A DNA stretch of 64,000 nucleotides, taken from NCBI GenBank assembly GCA_937625935.1, contig OW569360.1, positions 372,001 to 436,000 of the forward strand, in the 5' to 3' direction. Of the stretch, positions 31,259-43,388 are shown in pieces; positions within the stretch are counted from its first letter, which is position 1; every line of letters starts with the position of its first letter. The position numbers were made by a program, and so were the translations under genes. This DNA is from Tetramitus jugosus. Lineage: Eukaryota > Protista > Heterolobosea. Below the pieces are notes generated by a model that was not told the DNA's origin, made no database searches, and was given only the letters and a program-made list of their open reading frames with translations.

Positions 31259-32128
31259 ATGAGCAACATCAGTATTAGACAATTTGACCACCAAAATCAT
31301 TGTAACGTTTTCCTATTGAGTAACGTCTTCACCGCAGAAGAGTGCAAGCGATTGATTGAGAAAAGTGAAAGTGTAGGATTCAAGGGTGTTCCACCAACGG
31401 GAGGAAAGCAACTATCTTGGTCCGGTATTGATGCCTCTGAAGTTAGAATCAATGAGCGTGTAGCATACGACGATGCTGAACTGAGTCAGACTATTTGGAA
31501 GCGCATTCAGGCATTTGTTCCAACTGATTTGAACTTTAGGGCTAATATTCCAGATATGACAGGTGATTATATCGATTCAAAGACTAAAGGAAGAGAATGG
31601 AAAGCAAAAGGAGTGAATGATAGAATGAGATTTGTAAAGTATGGAAGGAAGGATCAATTCTTGAGGCACATGGATGGTACTTACATGAGAGATGTCATTA
31701 CGACGAGCACGGCAAATAATGGCAATAACAACAAGACTAAGGTTGAGGAAGGAAACTTGATTGCCCTTAGGGAACAATCATTCCTATCCATTATTCTCTA
31801 CCTGAATGATGATTTTGAAGGAGGAAATACTGTCTTTTATGACAACAATTCAAAGAAGGAAATCTTCTCTGTCCAACCAAAGACTGGATCAGTTTTGTTG
31901 ATGCTACATGAAAATTTGCACGAAGGAGCACAAGTCTCACGAGGAACAAAATACATTCTCAGAACAGATGTGCTGTATCGGAAGCAAGTGACAAATGTGG
32001 ATGCAACGCTAAGCAAAGCAGGCCAGAATGCAAAGAAATTGGAGAAGCATTGGAAACAAGGAGCAAAGGAGATTGCTTTTGACTGGCAGAAAGTGTATCA
32101 TCCGTCATGCAAATTGTATACCGATTAA
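31259..32128 (+). CDS. 2OG-Fe(II) dioxygenase (prolyl-4-hydroxylase-like)
   Basis: NVFTAEECKRLI, RHMDG (HxD), LYLNDDFEGGNT, HEG, KYILRTDVLY. Confidence 0.88.
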   Translation: MSNISIRQFDHQNHCNVFLLSNVFTAEECKRLIEKSESVGFKGVPPTGGKQLSWSGIDASEVRINERVAYDDAELSQTIWKRIQAFVPTDLNFRANIPDMTGDYIDSKTKGREWKAKGVNDRMRFVKYGRKDQFLRHMDGTYMRDVITTSTANNGNNNKTKVEEGNLIALREQSFLSIILYLNDDFEGGNTVFYDNNSKKEIFSVQPKTGSVLLMLHENLHEGAQVSRGTKYILRTDVLYRKQVTNVDATLSKAGQNAKKLEKHWKQGAKEIAFDWQKVYHPSCKLYTD

Positions 32129-32145
32129 ATTCACCTTTTATTAAG

Positions 32146-33717
32146 TCATTCTGCTTCTTTGCTTTCGTTCATCGAGCAGTTTTGTCTGAGGACATCTCCA
32201 ATCGTAGCATTCCTTGGTATTGTATGGATGTTCTCAATCATGCTCACAAAGTGTTGGAACACCTGCGAGGCATATTCTTCGTTCACAATCGCCCTGTCGA
32301 ATGTCCACGAGTAACTCGCTCGGGTTGTGAGTCTGTTCACGTTTAATGAGAAGCCCCATCCATTTGGTCTGTTACCAAACAATGTATTGATCGATGTAAC
32401 ATCAAATGTATCAAATGTCAAGTTCAAATCTCCTCCTCGATCACACATAATTAGATCTCCGTATCTACCCTTGTTTTCTCTCAAGTGCTCCACGAACTGA
32501 ACACTATCATGTCCCATTGTTCTCTGAATTGCGGTCCAATACATTGGTTCCTCCTCTGCCAATGCTTGCTCTAATTCGTTTTGAATACATTGGCAGTAAT
32601 CCCAGAATTTCACATTTGATGTTGTACTCTGATCGAATCGAATAACTCCACTCACTAACCCAAGATGATCCGCACTCAGCCGAGGTTTCACGAAGTCTCT
32701 AATGTTAATCATGTAATCCAATGAGGAACTGAGCTCATGACCAGAAAAATCCTCGCTCATTTGATACTTAGCCAATGTAAGCCAAGCACAAGCAATCGTA
32801 ACTGGCATAGCAGAAAGGAAACATTCAGAATACAACTTTTCCTTCAGCAAATTGTAATTTGAAGGATCACCCACCGCGACCAATGGTTTACAGTGATTGT
32901 GCACGGTCACATCACCCAGTGATGACGACGCATTGTCAATTAATTGAATTCTTGGTGAATACTGCAGGAATTTGTCTAGAGCTTCAACTGAGGAATCCTT
33001 GACAAATTTCTCGTCCATTTTCTTGTTGCTCATGAAGTGAAGTTGTTCGGCGTCTGGTAGCATGGGCAATGGCTCCACCGATTGTATCGAATTGCTGAGT
33101 AACTTCTCATAGTACTGGAGAATTTCTTTGATGACTTGGTCCATGCTAATGAGATCCGATATGGCATGAGGCATGGAAACAAACATGTAGTACTCACCAG
33201 GTGTGTTCCACTGCAACAGTGTCAATCTCCACAATGGATGACCCAAATTGACTTCGAAATCAACGTTCAATTCCTTTTCAGCCATCCACAACCAAGCATT
33301 CTCATTAGAGTATGATTTCATGTAAACATCATTCTTGTTCTTTTCCAGCTTGGTCATCAAGTGGTCGTGAGGCATGAACTGAGGAGTAATGTAGCAACGG
33401 TCTGCGTCTTGAATCTCAATGAAGCAATTCCTGCGGATCTTGTGATGATCTAAGTGACACTTGAGAATGGGATGTCTGTCGGAAACAAAGTCACATGCCT
33501 TCTTTAACAAATCCATGTCCATCTCCTTTTGTTCTTTCAAAGTGAAGTGAACGATCGATACCAGAGTGAACCTGTTGTGAGAGAACCAGTTTTCTAGGAA
33601 TCCAACTGGTCTGTTTGTAGTGGCAGTCTTGATGAGAATGTCATCGGGACTCTTTTGAATGAATTCGTGCTGTCCAAGAGAGAGGTTGGCTTGCGTTGTC
33701 TCAATCTTCTCTACCAT
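32146..33717 (-). CDS. Condensation-fold CoA-dependent acyltransferase (alcohol acetyltransferase/PapA5-like)
   Basis: RHPILK, PLWRLTLL, HAISD (HxxxD), INIRDF. Confidence 0.72.
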   Translation of the reverse strand: MVEKIETTQANLSLGQHEFIQKSPDDILIKTATTNRPVGFLENWFSHNRFTLVSIVHFTLKEQKEMDMDLLKKACDFVSDRHPILKCHLDHHKIRRNCFIEIQDADRCYITPQFMPHDHLMTKLEKNKNDVYMKSYSNENAWLWMAEKELNVDFEVNLGHPLWRLTLLQWNTPGEYYMFVSMPHAISDLISMDQVIKEILQYYEKLLSNSIQSVEPLPMLPDAEQLHFMSNKKMDEKFVKDSSVEALDKFLQYSPRIQLIDNASSSLGDVTVHNHCKPLVAVGDPSNYNLLKEKLYSECFLSAMPVTIACAWLTLAKYQMSEDFSGHELSSSLDYMINIRDFVKPRLSADHLGLVSGVIRFDQSTTSNVKFWDYCQCIQNELEQALAEEEPMYWTAIQRTMGHDSVQFVEHLRENKGRYGDLIMCDRGGDLNLTFDTFDVTSINTLFGNRPNGWGFSLNVNRLTTRASYSWTFDRAIVNEEYASQVFQHFVSMIENIHTIPRNATIGDVLRQNCSMNESKEAE

Positions 33718-34208
33718 GATTACTTCTAAAGTAGTAGTTTGTGCTTTGTGCTTTGTTTATGAGGTAAAACTATGATCCTGGAACAACAGATCTTCTTTTG
33801 TTGCGTGGTCACCCTCAAATAGAACATTGTATTCCAAAAAAACAACCCTAGTTTTTACAATCCTTCGACCGGTAAAACTTTAATTTTCCGCTGCCACTTC
33901 CCATTGTGTTCACTTCAAGTCCATCTTCCGAAGTTGAACACTACTGATGCGCCCACTGGAACCTTCACTAATGTCATTCACTGCACATCAAAGTTGATGG
34001 TTGCAGCTTTCTACTTGAATGTTAATGTGTGAACGTTCACAAAAACTTGGATGATCATTCAACCACATCATCACAATGCGTCAAGTTTACAGTTCAAATG
34101 TGATCGGTACGATTCGAATGGAGGGGGGAATTTGATTCAAAAATTGTCAAACGTCACTCACTGGATGTCAACGCTCTTGACGTGTTCCCATTTCACACGT
34201 GATCGAGC

Positions 34209-34215
34209 TATAAAA
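34209..34215 (+). promoter_or_regulatory. TATA box of actin gene
   Basis: TATAAAA ~125 bp upstream of the actin ATG. Confidence 0.5.
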
Positions 34216-34336
34216 CCCAATTGTCCTGATCTTGTTGATCCCTTCTTTTCTCTCAACAAACAAACAAACAAAACAAACAAAACTCTGAGTTAACACCTCT
34301 CTCTGTAAATTTACAAAAAAACAATCATAAAATAAC

Positions 34337-35466
<1,130 letters not shown>

Positions 35467-35589
35467 ATCTTTTGTTCGACTACAACAAGAGCAAGTATTT
35501 CTTTACAACAACAGTGATAAAACAAGCTTTATTTCAAAAAACAAAACATTCATTGCTTCATTTGCGCATCCTTGAGTGCGAGCCTTAGT

Positions 35590-35840
35590 GAACTGTTTCC
35601 TATTCCAAAGATAATATTTTCACCTGGTATGTATCAACAGTGACCAACAATGACCAACAGTCCAGCAGAATCCAACTGGCGAGATAATTAAGTTTGCCAC
35701 CAGTCAAAGAACATGCACTGCTCCGCTTTTGATCATCGATCCTACCCATCGACAATGGGAATAATGTTAGGGTTCTCTTGAGGCTTTATACTTGCCGCGC
35801 CAGCAAAAGTCAGTCGAACTCATATGACCATCCACCATTG
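35590..35840 (-). pseudogene. Deletion-riddled pseudocopy of the aspartyl protease gene at 42072-42791
   Basis: Collinear nucleotide blocks shared with ~42230-42765: ATATTTTCAC..GTATGTATC.ACAGTGA, GTCCAGCAGAATCCA, TAAGTTTG.CACCAG..TCAAAGAACATGC, CGACAATGGG.ATAATG, AGCAAAAGTCA, ATATG.CCATCCAC.ATT. Confidence 0.85.
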
Positions 35841-36080
35841 TTATTTTGGAATCGCAAGTTTACAAATTTCCAAACATATTCTTGACACAGCCATCTCAGA
35901 TGTCAGTCCGGACGAATATTTTCATCCATTTTTAGGCAGAAGTCGCTGTCAAGGAGCTTTCAATTTCAACGTAATGTTGAAGACAACTTTCAACATTGTT
36001 GGTCAACTTGCATAAACTGAAAAATCAAAAGTTTGAATTATATTCAGTTTTGAACAAATTTCATATCTCACCATACAATA

Positions 36081-37109
36081 ATGAAGCTTCATTTGTTACT
36101 ATGCATTTTCGTACAGGTACTCGTATCTATCACACTGACATACGCTGTACTACCGGACAACCTTATAGGTTTCGCTACAGGATGGGTCGATGTCAGTGCC
36201 ATAGACAAAGTTGAGATCGTCACCAGAGGGCATTGTTTCCGTCCTTATTGTGATAGGTTGAGCTTGATTAACATAACAAGTACAACAACAAGCATTAGCC
36301 TTTCGTATGACGAAGTTGTTACATACAACTGCACGCGTGAGCGAATTACCATAGAGGTAAACAATCCAGTACCGTCATCTCATGGGCAAGATTATTATGA
36401 GGGTGAAGTCACTTACAATGGTCAACCCACCGGGACATTCTGTTTTTATATGAAGAGATTAGAGTCTGATGACTACAACTTGGTGTTTGATGCATTCAAT
36501 CCATCATGTCCACAATCAGATGCCCAGCAGGGATGTTACCAAGGGGAGGATGGACTTGTAGTATCTCGAATTTTCGCACCATATGCTACATTCACACGGG
36601 ACCTTCCATCGGAATTGATGATGAAGAATGTAGAGGCTGTCATGAGTGTTATTCCTAGAAGTGAAACTGGACATTGTAGTAGCTGTATACTCAAGGTTCC
36701 GGTACTCATAAACTCTGCGAAAGACTACATCGAAATTAGTCATACAAGCATGGGTCAGGGTGATTGTCGTATTGATGCTAGGACATACAGAATGGAACAC
36801 TTCCTGCGCTCGACTCTTGACGGGTATGTGACGGGAACCACGAATTTTCAGTACGGTAGCTCATACCCAAGTCGCGGTTGTTTCTCATATTCAAAAGAAC
36901 GTATTGTATCAGAAGATGTGATGGGACTTTGTCCTTCAGATATTAGCACTGCCGAACCAACTTGTGTAATACAAGATGTTGATAACTCAGAGCTGTTTGA
37001 TAGCCGCATTTGGGTAATCGATTTACCGCGAGTCAACAACGCAGAAAACATCAGAGGAACCAGTGTTTTCATTTTCGTGTTACTGACACTATTTTACTTA
37101 TTTCAATAA
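36081..37109 (+). CDS. Secreted, probably GPI-anchored Cys-containing surface protein
   Basis: Signal peptide MKLHLLLCIFVQVLVSITLTYA; hydrophobic C-terminus; spaced Cys. Confidence 0.75.
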   Translation: MKLHLLLCIFVQVLVSITLTYAVLPDNLIGFATGWVDVSAIDKVEIVTRGHCFRPYCDRLSLINITSTTTSISLSYDEVVTYNCTRERITIEVNNPVPSSHGQDYYEGEVTYNGQPTGTFCFYMKRLESDDYNLVFDAFNPSCPQSDAQQGCYQGEDGLVVSRIFAPYATFTRDLPSELMMKNVEAVMSVIPRSETGHCSSCILKVPVLINSAKDYIEISHTSMGQGDCRIDARTYRMEHFLRSTLDGYVTGTTNFQYGSSYPSRGCFSYSKERIVSEDVMGLCPSDISTAEPTCVIQDVDNSELFDSRIWVIDLPRVNNAENIRGTSVFIFVLLTLFYLFQ

Positions 37110-38455
37110 CTATCTCAGCAATAAATCGGACTAACATTCATCTAGAATTGGACATAATTTGACGTGGTGTTGTTGTGTTTTTGTCTCCTACAGGTTTGAC
37201 AACTGAACGAAACATTTTTTATTTCAACATACCCAATCGCTGTGTACTCAAATTTGCCAAGAGCTTTGACAGCACTCAGGGAGGGCCTACAACCCTTGAA
37301 CATTGCTCCTCCAAAGTCATGAAAAAGTGTGCTGATTGAGAGTATTGGTGTTTGGTCAGAAGATGCAATGATTTCCCCACAGGTTTCTTATTGATTGTGC
37401 GAACAAAATCATCTGGTGAATTCAAAGACAACACCTTCGAACCTTCTTGATAAATCAGAGAGAATGGATATAGCAACATTGTTCTCTTGAATGAGATCTG
37501 AAACAATAACTTTCAGTTCAAAGAATTACCTTTTAAGCTTTCTACGAAATTGCATTCCACAGAAAGGAAGCGAAACAAAGACGATATTTTCTTTTACACC
37601 AAGCACACCTCCTTTGATTTCGATTATAACAATCTGGAACAGACCTTAGAACCTTTTGATATAACCAGATGGTTTTTACAATATCCCTTTGGTTACCTGC
37701 AGAGTTAATCCAGTTCCCTACTTACTCTTCTGAAAGAGTTGAAGACGAACACTAGATGCTTATTATAATGACATTGTCATCCATAATCCAGTCTACTCAA
37801 CACATCATCATCTTAGATCCATCTAACAGGCCTTAAAGGGATTAGATACCTCACAAATACGAGAAGTATCATCCATTACTAGGAGCTATTGATTACACTC
37901 GCATTTGGAGTAGGTACGGTCAAAGCGCTATTATCGAGTCGACAAGGGCCACATACTTATTGAGCAAGTTTCAGTAGATCGCGAAGGGAAGATTATTCAT
38001 ATCAGTTCCGGATACAGGGGCAACTCTAATGACCTAGTTTTGTCTTTGCCAACTGTAATGCAGTAAATGAAGATGTATTTTCATACTGGAAAATAAAGAA
38101 TATTTTCTCAACCGACTATTTTCCCGCCTACCGATAACTTCCGACCAAACAGAAAAAATGGATCACAAGAAGAAGAAAGCGAAATCGTGTGGTCGATGAG
38201 AGACTCGAGATTGTGCGAGGAATTGTTGAAATAACGGTCGGTCGCCTTTTCAATGACAATGTGTTGGAGTATCGATGGTTTCGAGCTCAGTCACACGACA
38301 CAAACCAACAAAAATGGAAGGAAAACCTCTCTAACTATAGTTTTTCACAAACTCTCACAATCCTAGCAACACCATTCTCTTGGTCGATCAAAATTGATCT
38401 CAGCATTGCACTACTTAGTGTACGATGTACAACATCGGCAGGAGGACATCAACAT

Positions 38456-38532
38456 CCTCAGCACCATCAAACAATGTAAATCAATCGTCATCATCAAATA
38501 CTCACTATGGACACTGTTTGATGGTGCTGAGG
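38456..38532. repeat. Inverted repeat, 18-bp perfect arms with 41-nt spacer
   Basis: CCTCAGCACCATCAAACA (38456-38473) / TGTTTGATGGTGCTGAGG (38515-38532). Confidence 0.9.
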
Positions 38533-38707
38533 TTGAAGTGTTGTTGTTGCGTACTGAGAATATGTCGAGAATTCTCGCGCAATAAAGGAGTTTTTTGATT
38601 ATACCAATGAACGAACAGCTCTCAAAGCTCGTTTATCTCAAGTAATCAATCAGTCTCTTGTATCAAGCATTCTCCACGCAGGACAGATTATGTTAAAAAA
38701 CAATTCG

Positions 38708-38778
38708 TGCCGCCTACCGGAATCGAACCGGTGTTGCGGGAGCCACAATCCCGTGTACTACCACTATACTAAAGCAGC
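38708..38778 (-). tRNA. tRNA-His(GTG)
   Basis: Minus strand GCTGCTTTAGTATAGTGGTAGTACA CGGGA TTGTGGC TCCCG CAAC ACCGGTTCGATTCCGGT AGGCGGCA; G-1 not encoded. Confidence 0.95.
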
Positions 38779-39599
38779 TGCTTCATTATTTCTCCGATAA
38801 TAATATCTACTGTACAATTTTAATCCTTGAACGACAATAAGAAGATGAGGCTGTAAGGCAGCACTCAAGCGCAACGTTGATTGTGCCAAGAAGATCGTCC
38901 TCCACGGAGTCAAAGGTAGGACGGAGGACGACATCAAGGCCATGCTCGGCACAACAAAGGTCAAGGCTTAGGCATACGTTTCAGACTCCATCACAACAAA
39001 GGCAGTGTTGTGCTTAAACCAATAGTTGGTTTAATAGCTGGAAATATCTATCGCCAAAATCTTGTTGTTTTTATCATTATATGTAGTTTCTCAGGATCAA
39101 AGAAAAATATATCTGAAACCTCTGAAAAAATTAATTAGTAAATATAACTAAAACAGAAACAAAGTGTTGCCATAAATTGTGTCTCCCTTCCCATAATTTT
39201 CTCACACAAAAGAAATGCGAAGAATTGGATAGAAACCATTCTTACTATCTCGATCTGAAAACTCTATTTCACATTGTACGAGAATATGCAAAGCAGGACA
39301 TGGGCGGACCCCTACTCCAATATCGAACATGACTCCTGGGAATGGGAGGAGGACATCTCCAAAGAACTTACAAGAGTTTCTGTCAAAGTACAATCCTAGA
39401 CGTCGGCTTGAGCGTCATAAAAGAATTCAGGTCTATCTTGAATCAGGTCATGGAATCTAGAAGAAGAAGAAGAACGTCAAGAAGAAGAAATAAAAACCAG
39501 AACAGAAAACGAAGCGGATGACTGGCAGTCAAAAAATCCGAGTCCGTTTATTCTTAGCCTCTTCTCCATTTTGACGCACAGTGAGCAACACAATGTTCG

Positions 39600-40080
39600 A
39601 CATGGCCTACTGTGATTGATGACAGGGAACTGTTGCAATTGCTTGGACAAGAGATATTTTCTCGTATGTATAATATTTCAAATTACCAATGCTGCCATAG
39701 TAGTTGTCTGTGGCAAAAACATGCTTCTCTGCCACGTCAAACTGGTTAACAAAGCGTTCCACAACCTTCTGAGGGGTTAACTTATTTTCCATCGAATTCC
39801 TCTTGTCTTGTTGATGTTCACGAGCAGTCGTAAAATTTCTGTGTTGGGATTGTTGTACACGAAGTTCAACCAACGAGTAGTATGACTGTTGTTCCTTCCT
39901 TGATAAAAAGAGAACCATCCAGAACAGAGATATGGTCGATACACTCAATCCGACATGTCCGTCAAGCAATGATCCAGGTTACAACATTGCACACTGTTGA
40001 GCTCCCAAAATCGTTTCGACGACATCCCTATTCGTCTCAGATAGATGTTTCCATAGAGTTGTTGTTATCTAAGTGGAGTT
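39600..40080 (-). mobile_element. Degenerate piggyBac-like transposase relic
   Basis: Fragments LYGNIYLRRIGMSSKRFWEL (MSxxRF motif) and VVERFVNQF..KHVFATDNYYGS (DNY/F catalytic-Asp motif) in correct order, with deletions; no TIRs found. Confidence 0.65.
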
Positions 40081-40556
40081 TGATTGTTGGTCTGTCAGTG
40101 AGGATAGGTCCGCCAGGATTTTCTTTTCAATATCGATCCTTGAGAAAGAGAACTCTTTCAATTGGCCGCACCTCCTCCTCCTTTCATACTTATACTATCA
40201 TACAAAATTCTTCAGTGTGACGACAAGAAGCACATGATTTGCAGGATCCTCCACAACCCTTAGTAGCTGGAGCCTCGGTTGTTTTCTCTATAAGGTTGAT
40301 TAAAATTTATTCAAGAAATAAAACTCCGCCTGCAGAAAACCCATAAGGGCCACCAAGCTAGCAACAATGGTTCGTATGGGGAGAGTATCCTTTTCGAAGT
40401 TTTTGTGGCACTTATTTAGCTTCCTGAGGTCGCTTCCAAGTACGCACATGGGAGTGACTGTCAGATTCCCTATCATCTGGAAGCCTTTACCACCAAGGGT
40501 CACTCTTCATCTCGAGGTTAACGACCGTTAGCGTATTGGTTCAAGCGCCTAGTTAC

Positions 40557-41300
40557 CTAGGCATGGTGCAAGGGGTAGTCACATACACCTTCAATTCTGG
40601 CATACTCAGGGATTGGTGACTTTTGTACATCCGTTATTGATGAATGTTCAAGATTGGATTCCTGGTATTGAGGACTGAATCCTTCTTGGATTGTTCGCAG
40701 CATTTTTGCTGGAGGCTCGATGGTCAATCGAGATACTGGTTCAATTGAATCATGTAACGAATTCGTGTCGTATAAACAATCTCCGACTGCATTTGCAGAC
40801 TGTTGAAGTGAGGATAATTTCTCTTCTTGAGGATCGGCACTCTTACCTTCAACTGCAGCCACATACTTCACTATGAACGAACAAAGACCTGGAACGGTCA
40901 ATGGTTTGCTGAGGACGATCAAATGAGATCTTTTTCTTCTTATAGACAACATAAGGAGATTTAGGAGTTCCTTTCTTGCACTGAAATAGGTGCTGAGTAA
41001 GTTTGTCACCGGAGACGATCAATACTTTCTCTGGTCTTGCCACCAGTGTAGCAGTGAAGTATGTCTTCATGACGACATATTCTGGACCAAACACTTGGGC
41101 AACTCTCCTGAACCTGGAGGAAATCTTGTTGTTCTATCAGCTGCTCGTTGACTGGTTGAATAAAGTGTTCAGATCTTTTTCGTAGGGCAGAAATTAGTCT
41201 CCTCTTTTCGTACTTACGGGCATATCCAAATAACTCCCATAAACTACGACCACTCAATACAATATTGGAATACTATATACCAATTATCTTTGTCATGTCG
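40557..41300 (-). pseudogene. Frameshifted gene relic, possibly BTB-BACK
   Basis: Three overlapping short ORFs; LWELFGYARKYEKRRLISAL..FIQ..NEQLIEQQDFLQV resembles a BACK-domain start. Confidence 0.35.
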
Positions 41301-42071
41301 TAATGAGCGACTACCAATTGAGTTATCTGTTCATCAATGGGTCTCTTAAAGGACTAAAGTCAGTGTGGTGAGCGTCTTGTGTGCAATTAATTTGCCGACG
41401 CAAATTTTCCAACTGCAAATTTTTTCAAACCAATTCACCGATTATCATTGACATTATTACAACAAAAATGACTCTGCTTCACATTGTACGAGCACATGCA
41501 AAGCTGTCAAAGGCAAGTTTTCGACGAATGGCTTCAACAACACATATGAATATGAGCCATTTTATCTTTGTTACAGACAGAATCCATCTCTCAGTGATCG
41601 CGCATACTACTACCTCTACCTAATGACCAATCCAATGAGTTTTCCATCACTAATATCACTCTGTAACCGTCGAAAGGATTAATTTAAATTCACTTATCGA
41701 TGAGTGGTTTTTCCATATCGAGAATTAAAGATGTATCCGGCAAATTTCTTGTTTGATAACCGTGTTAACGGTACTGATCATAGTAGAGCTGTTGCATAGT
41801 TAGTCTGTACTCTCGAGTCTTTTCATTGATTTGACCTTCTCAATCATCAAGTACATTGTGTTGACCTGTCTGATCAAGAAGACTGATACCCTATCAGTTT
41901 GGATTGCCAAGATTAAAACAGGTCAATTAGATGGACCAGGTGCGGGAGAAAGATATCAAAAAGAAGAAGGTATCAGCTCCATCAATAGATAATTGTATAT
42001 TGATCCAGACCCTTCCAAAATTTTTAGAATTCCCATTGCTTGGTTTTAACAACCTGAAACGAAATGACGGT

Positions 42072-42791
42072 TTATTTTCTATACAATACAAATTGCTTGT
42101 TCTTTGGAGAGAGGGTAATGGTATCATAGGTATTCAACAATTCTGAACCAATAATAGCTTTTGCTCTACCCATCACTAACATGGATTGCAGAGGCTGAGG
42201 TAATGTTCCCACTGTACACAATTGTTCTGTTGTTTCCGGTTCCACACCAAAAGATATTTTCACGTCGTATGTATCGACAGTGAAGAGACCAAGAGTTGGA
42301 TAGAAATCTTGCACCTGTCCAGCAGAATCCAGTCCGTCTGGGATAAACTCATCGGCAAGATAGCTAAGTTTGGCACCAGTGTCAAAGAACATGCGCTGTT
42401 CCTGCTGTTGACCATCAATCTTACCCATTATAATCGGAATACCCATGATCAGATCGACAATGGGGATAATGATCGAGTGTTCCTGGGGCTTTATGCTTGC
42501 CCCACGAGCAAAAGTCATGCTCTCTCTTGTCCATTGAACATCGAATTGTCCCATAATATCATTCCCGACAAGTCCATCAATTGTACAGCCGATGTATCCA
42601 GTCAGTTGAGAACTGGTCAACTCAAGCATTCCCGTACTGGGAAGCGAGAACTTCTTCCCGAGAATACTGAGATGATTCAGACGATAAAAACTGGAGGGAG
42701 CGCCAGTGTCAATTAAAAATTGAGCGTTGCCAATGCTTGCTACTATATGGCCATCCACTATTTGGACGGGAAATGTCTCTGCGTTGGTCAT
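42072..42791 (-). CDS. Two-domain retropepsin-like aspartyl protease (bacterial type)
   Basis: FLIDTGA...IDGLVGND and MFFDTGA...AIIGSE; no signal peptide; start MTNAETF. Confidence 0.85.
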   Translation of the reverse strand: MTNAETFPVQIVDGHIVASIGNAQFLIDTGAPSSFYRLNHLSILGKKFSLPSTGMLELTSSQLTGYIGCTIDGLVGNDIMGQFDVQWTRESMTFARGASIKPQEHSIIIPIVDLIMGIPIIMGKIDGQQQEQRMFFDTGAKLSYLADEFIPDGLDSAGQVQDFYPTLGLFTVDTYDVKISFGVEPETTEQLCTVGTLPQPLQSMLVMGRAKAIIGSELLNTYDTITLSPKNKQFVLYRK

Positions 42792-43388
42792 TTTGTTTGA
42801 GTTTATTTCCTTGGTTGTTTGAACTTTTACGCTCAATTTGAAATTGAGTAAATTTGAGTTCTGGAACCGAGTTCTAAGCTTAACACAGCTCTGACAATGG
42901 CGACAGAAGCCATGATAAAGGATCAATATTGATGATTACATTGTTGACTACTACCCAAATTTTCTTTCTTCAACAGAAGCAACTGATTTAATGAGTGCCA
43001 TCATGAATGAGAGGGACACCAAGTTCAACAATATGTACTGTCAGACTGACACCACGGTTCGAGGGTGCACGCACGAGTGACAGAGGACATCGCAATATAC
43101 TCATCGGCAGTTGCATCTGTTCACTCCAGAATTGCTCATTAAACGTGAATGTGTATTTAAGATGAAGATCAAGCCCAGAAAATACTGTGCGAGAAATTGC
43201 TCAATGGATCCATGTTGGCCATGGCAGGTCGGTGCCAAGAGTTATACTTGCACTCATTGCCAAAACCATCTCACTCAACCAAGAATCAATATCACATTCA
43301 TAAACACTGCACCTCAAACAAGCATCAAACAACAACAACAAAAAACAAAAAACAGCAACAACGAAAAAAAACACAAACAGAAAAAAAA

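Noticed and set aside
37200-38150. Gene-free stretch with short coding-like pieces
   Set aside because: Probably decayed sequence, but no family or paralog could be recognised
39773-39780. GGGGTTAA resembling a piggyBac end plus TTAA
   Set aside because: Falls inside the transposase-coding fragment and has no partner TIR
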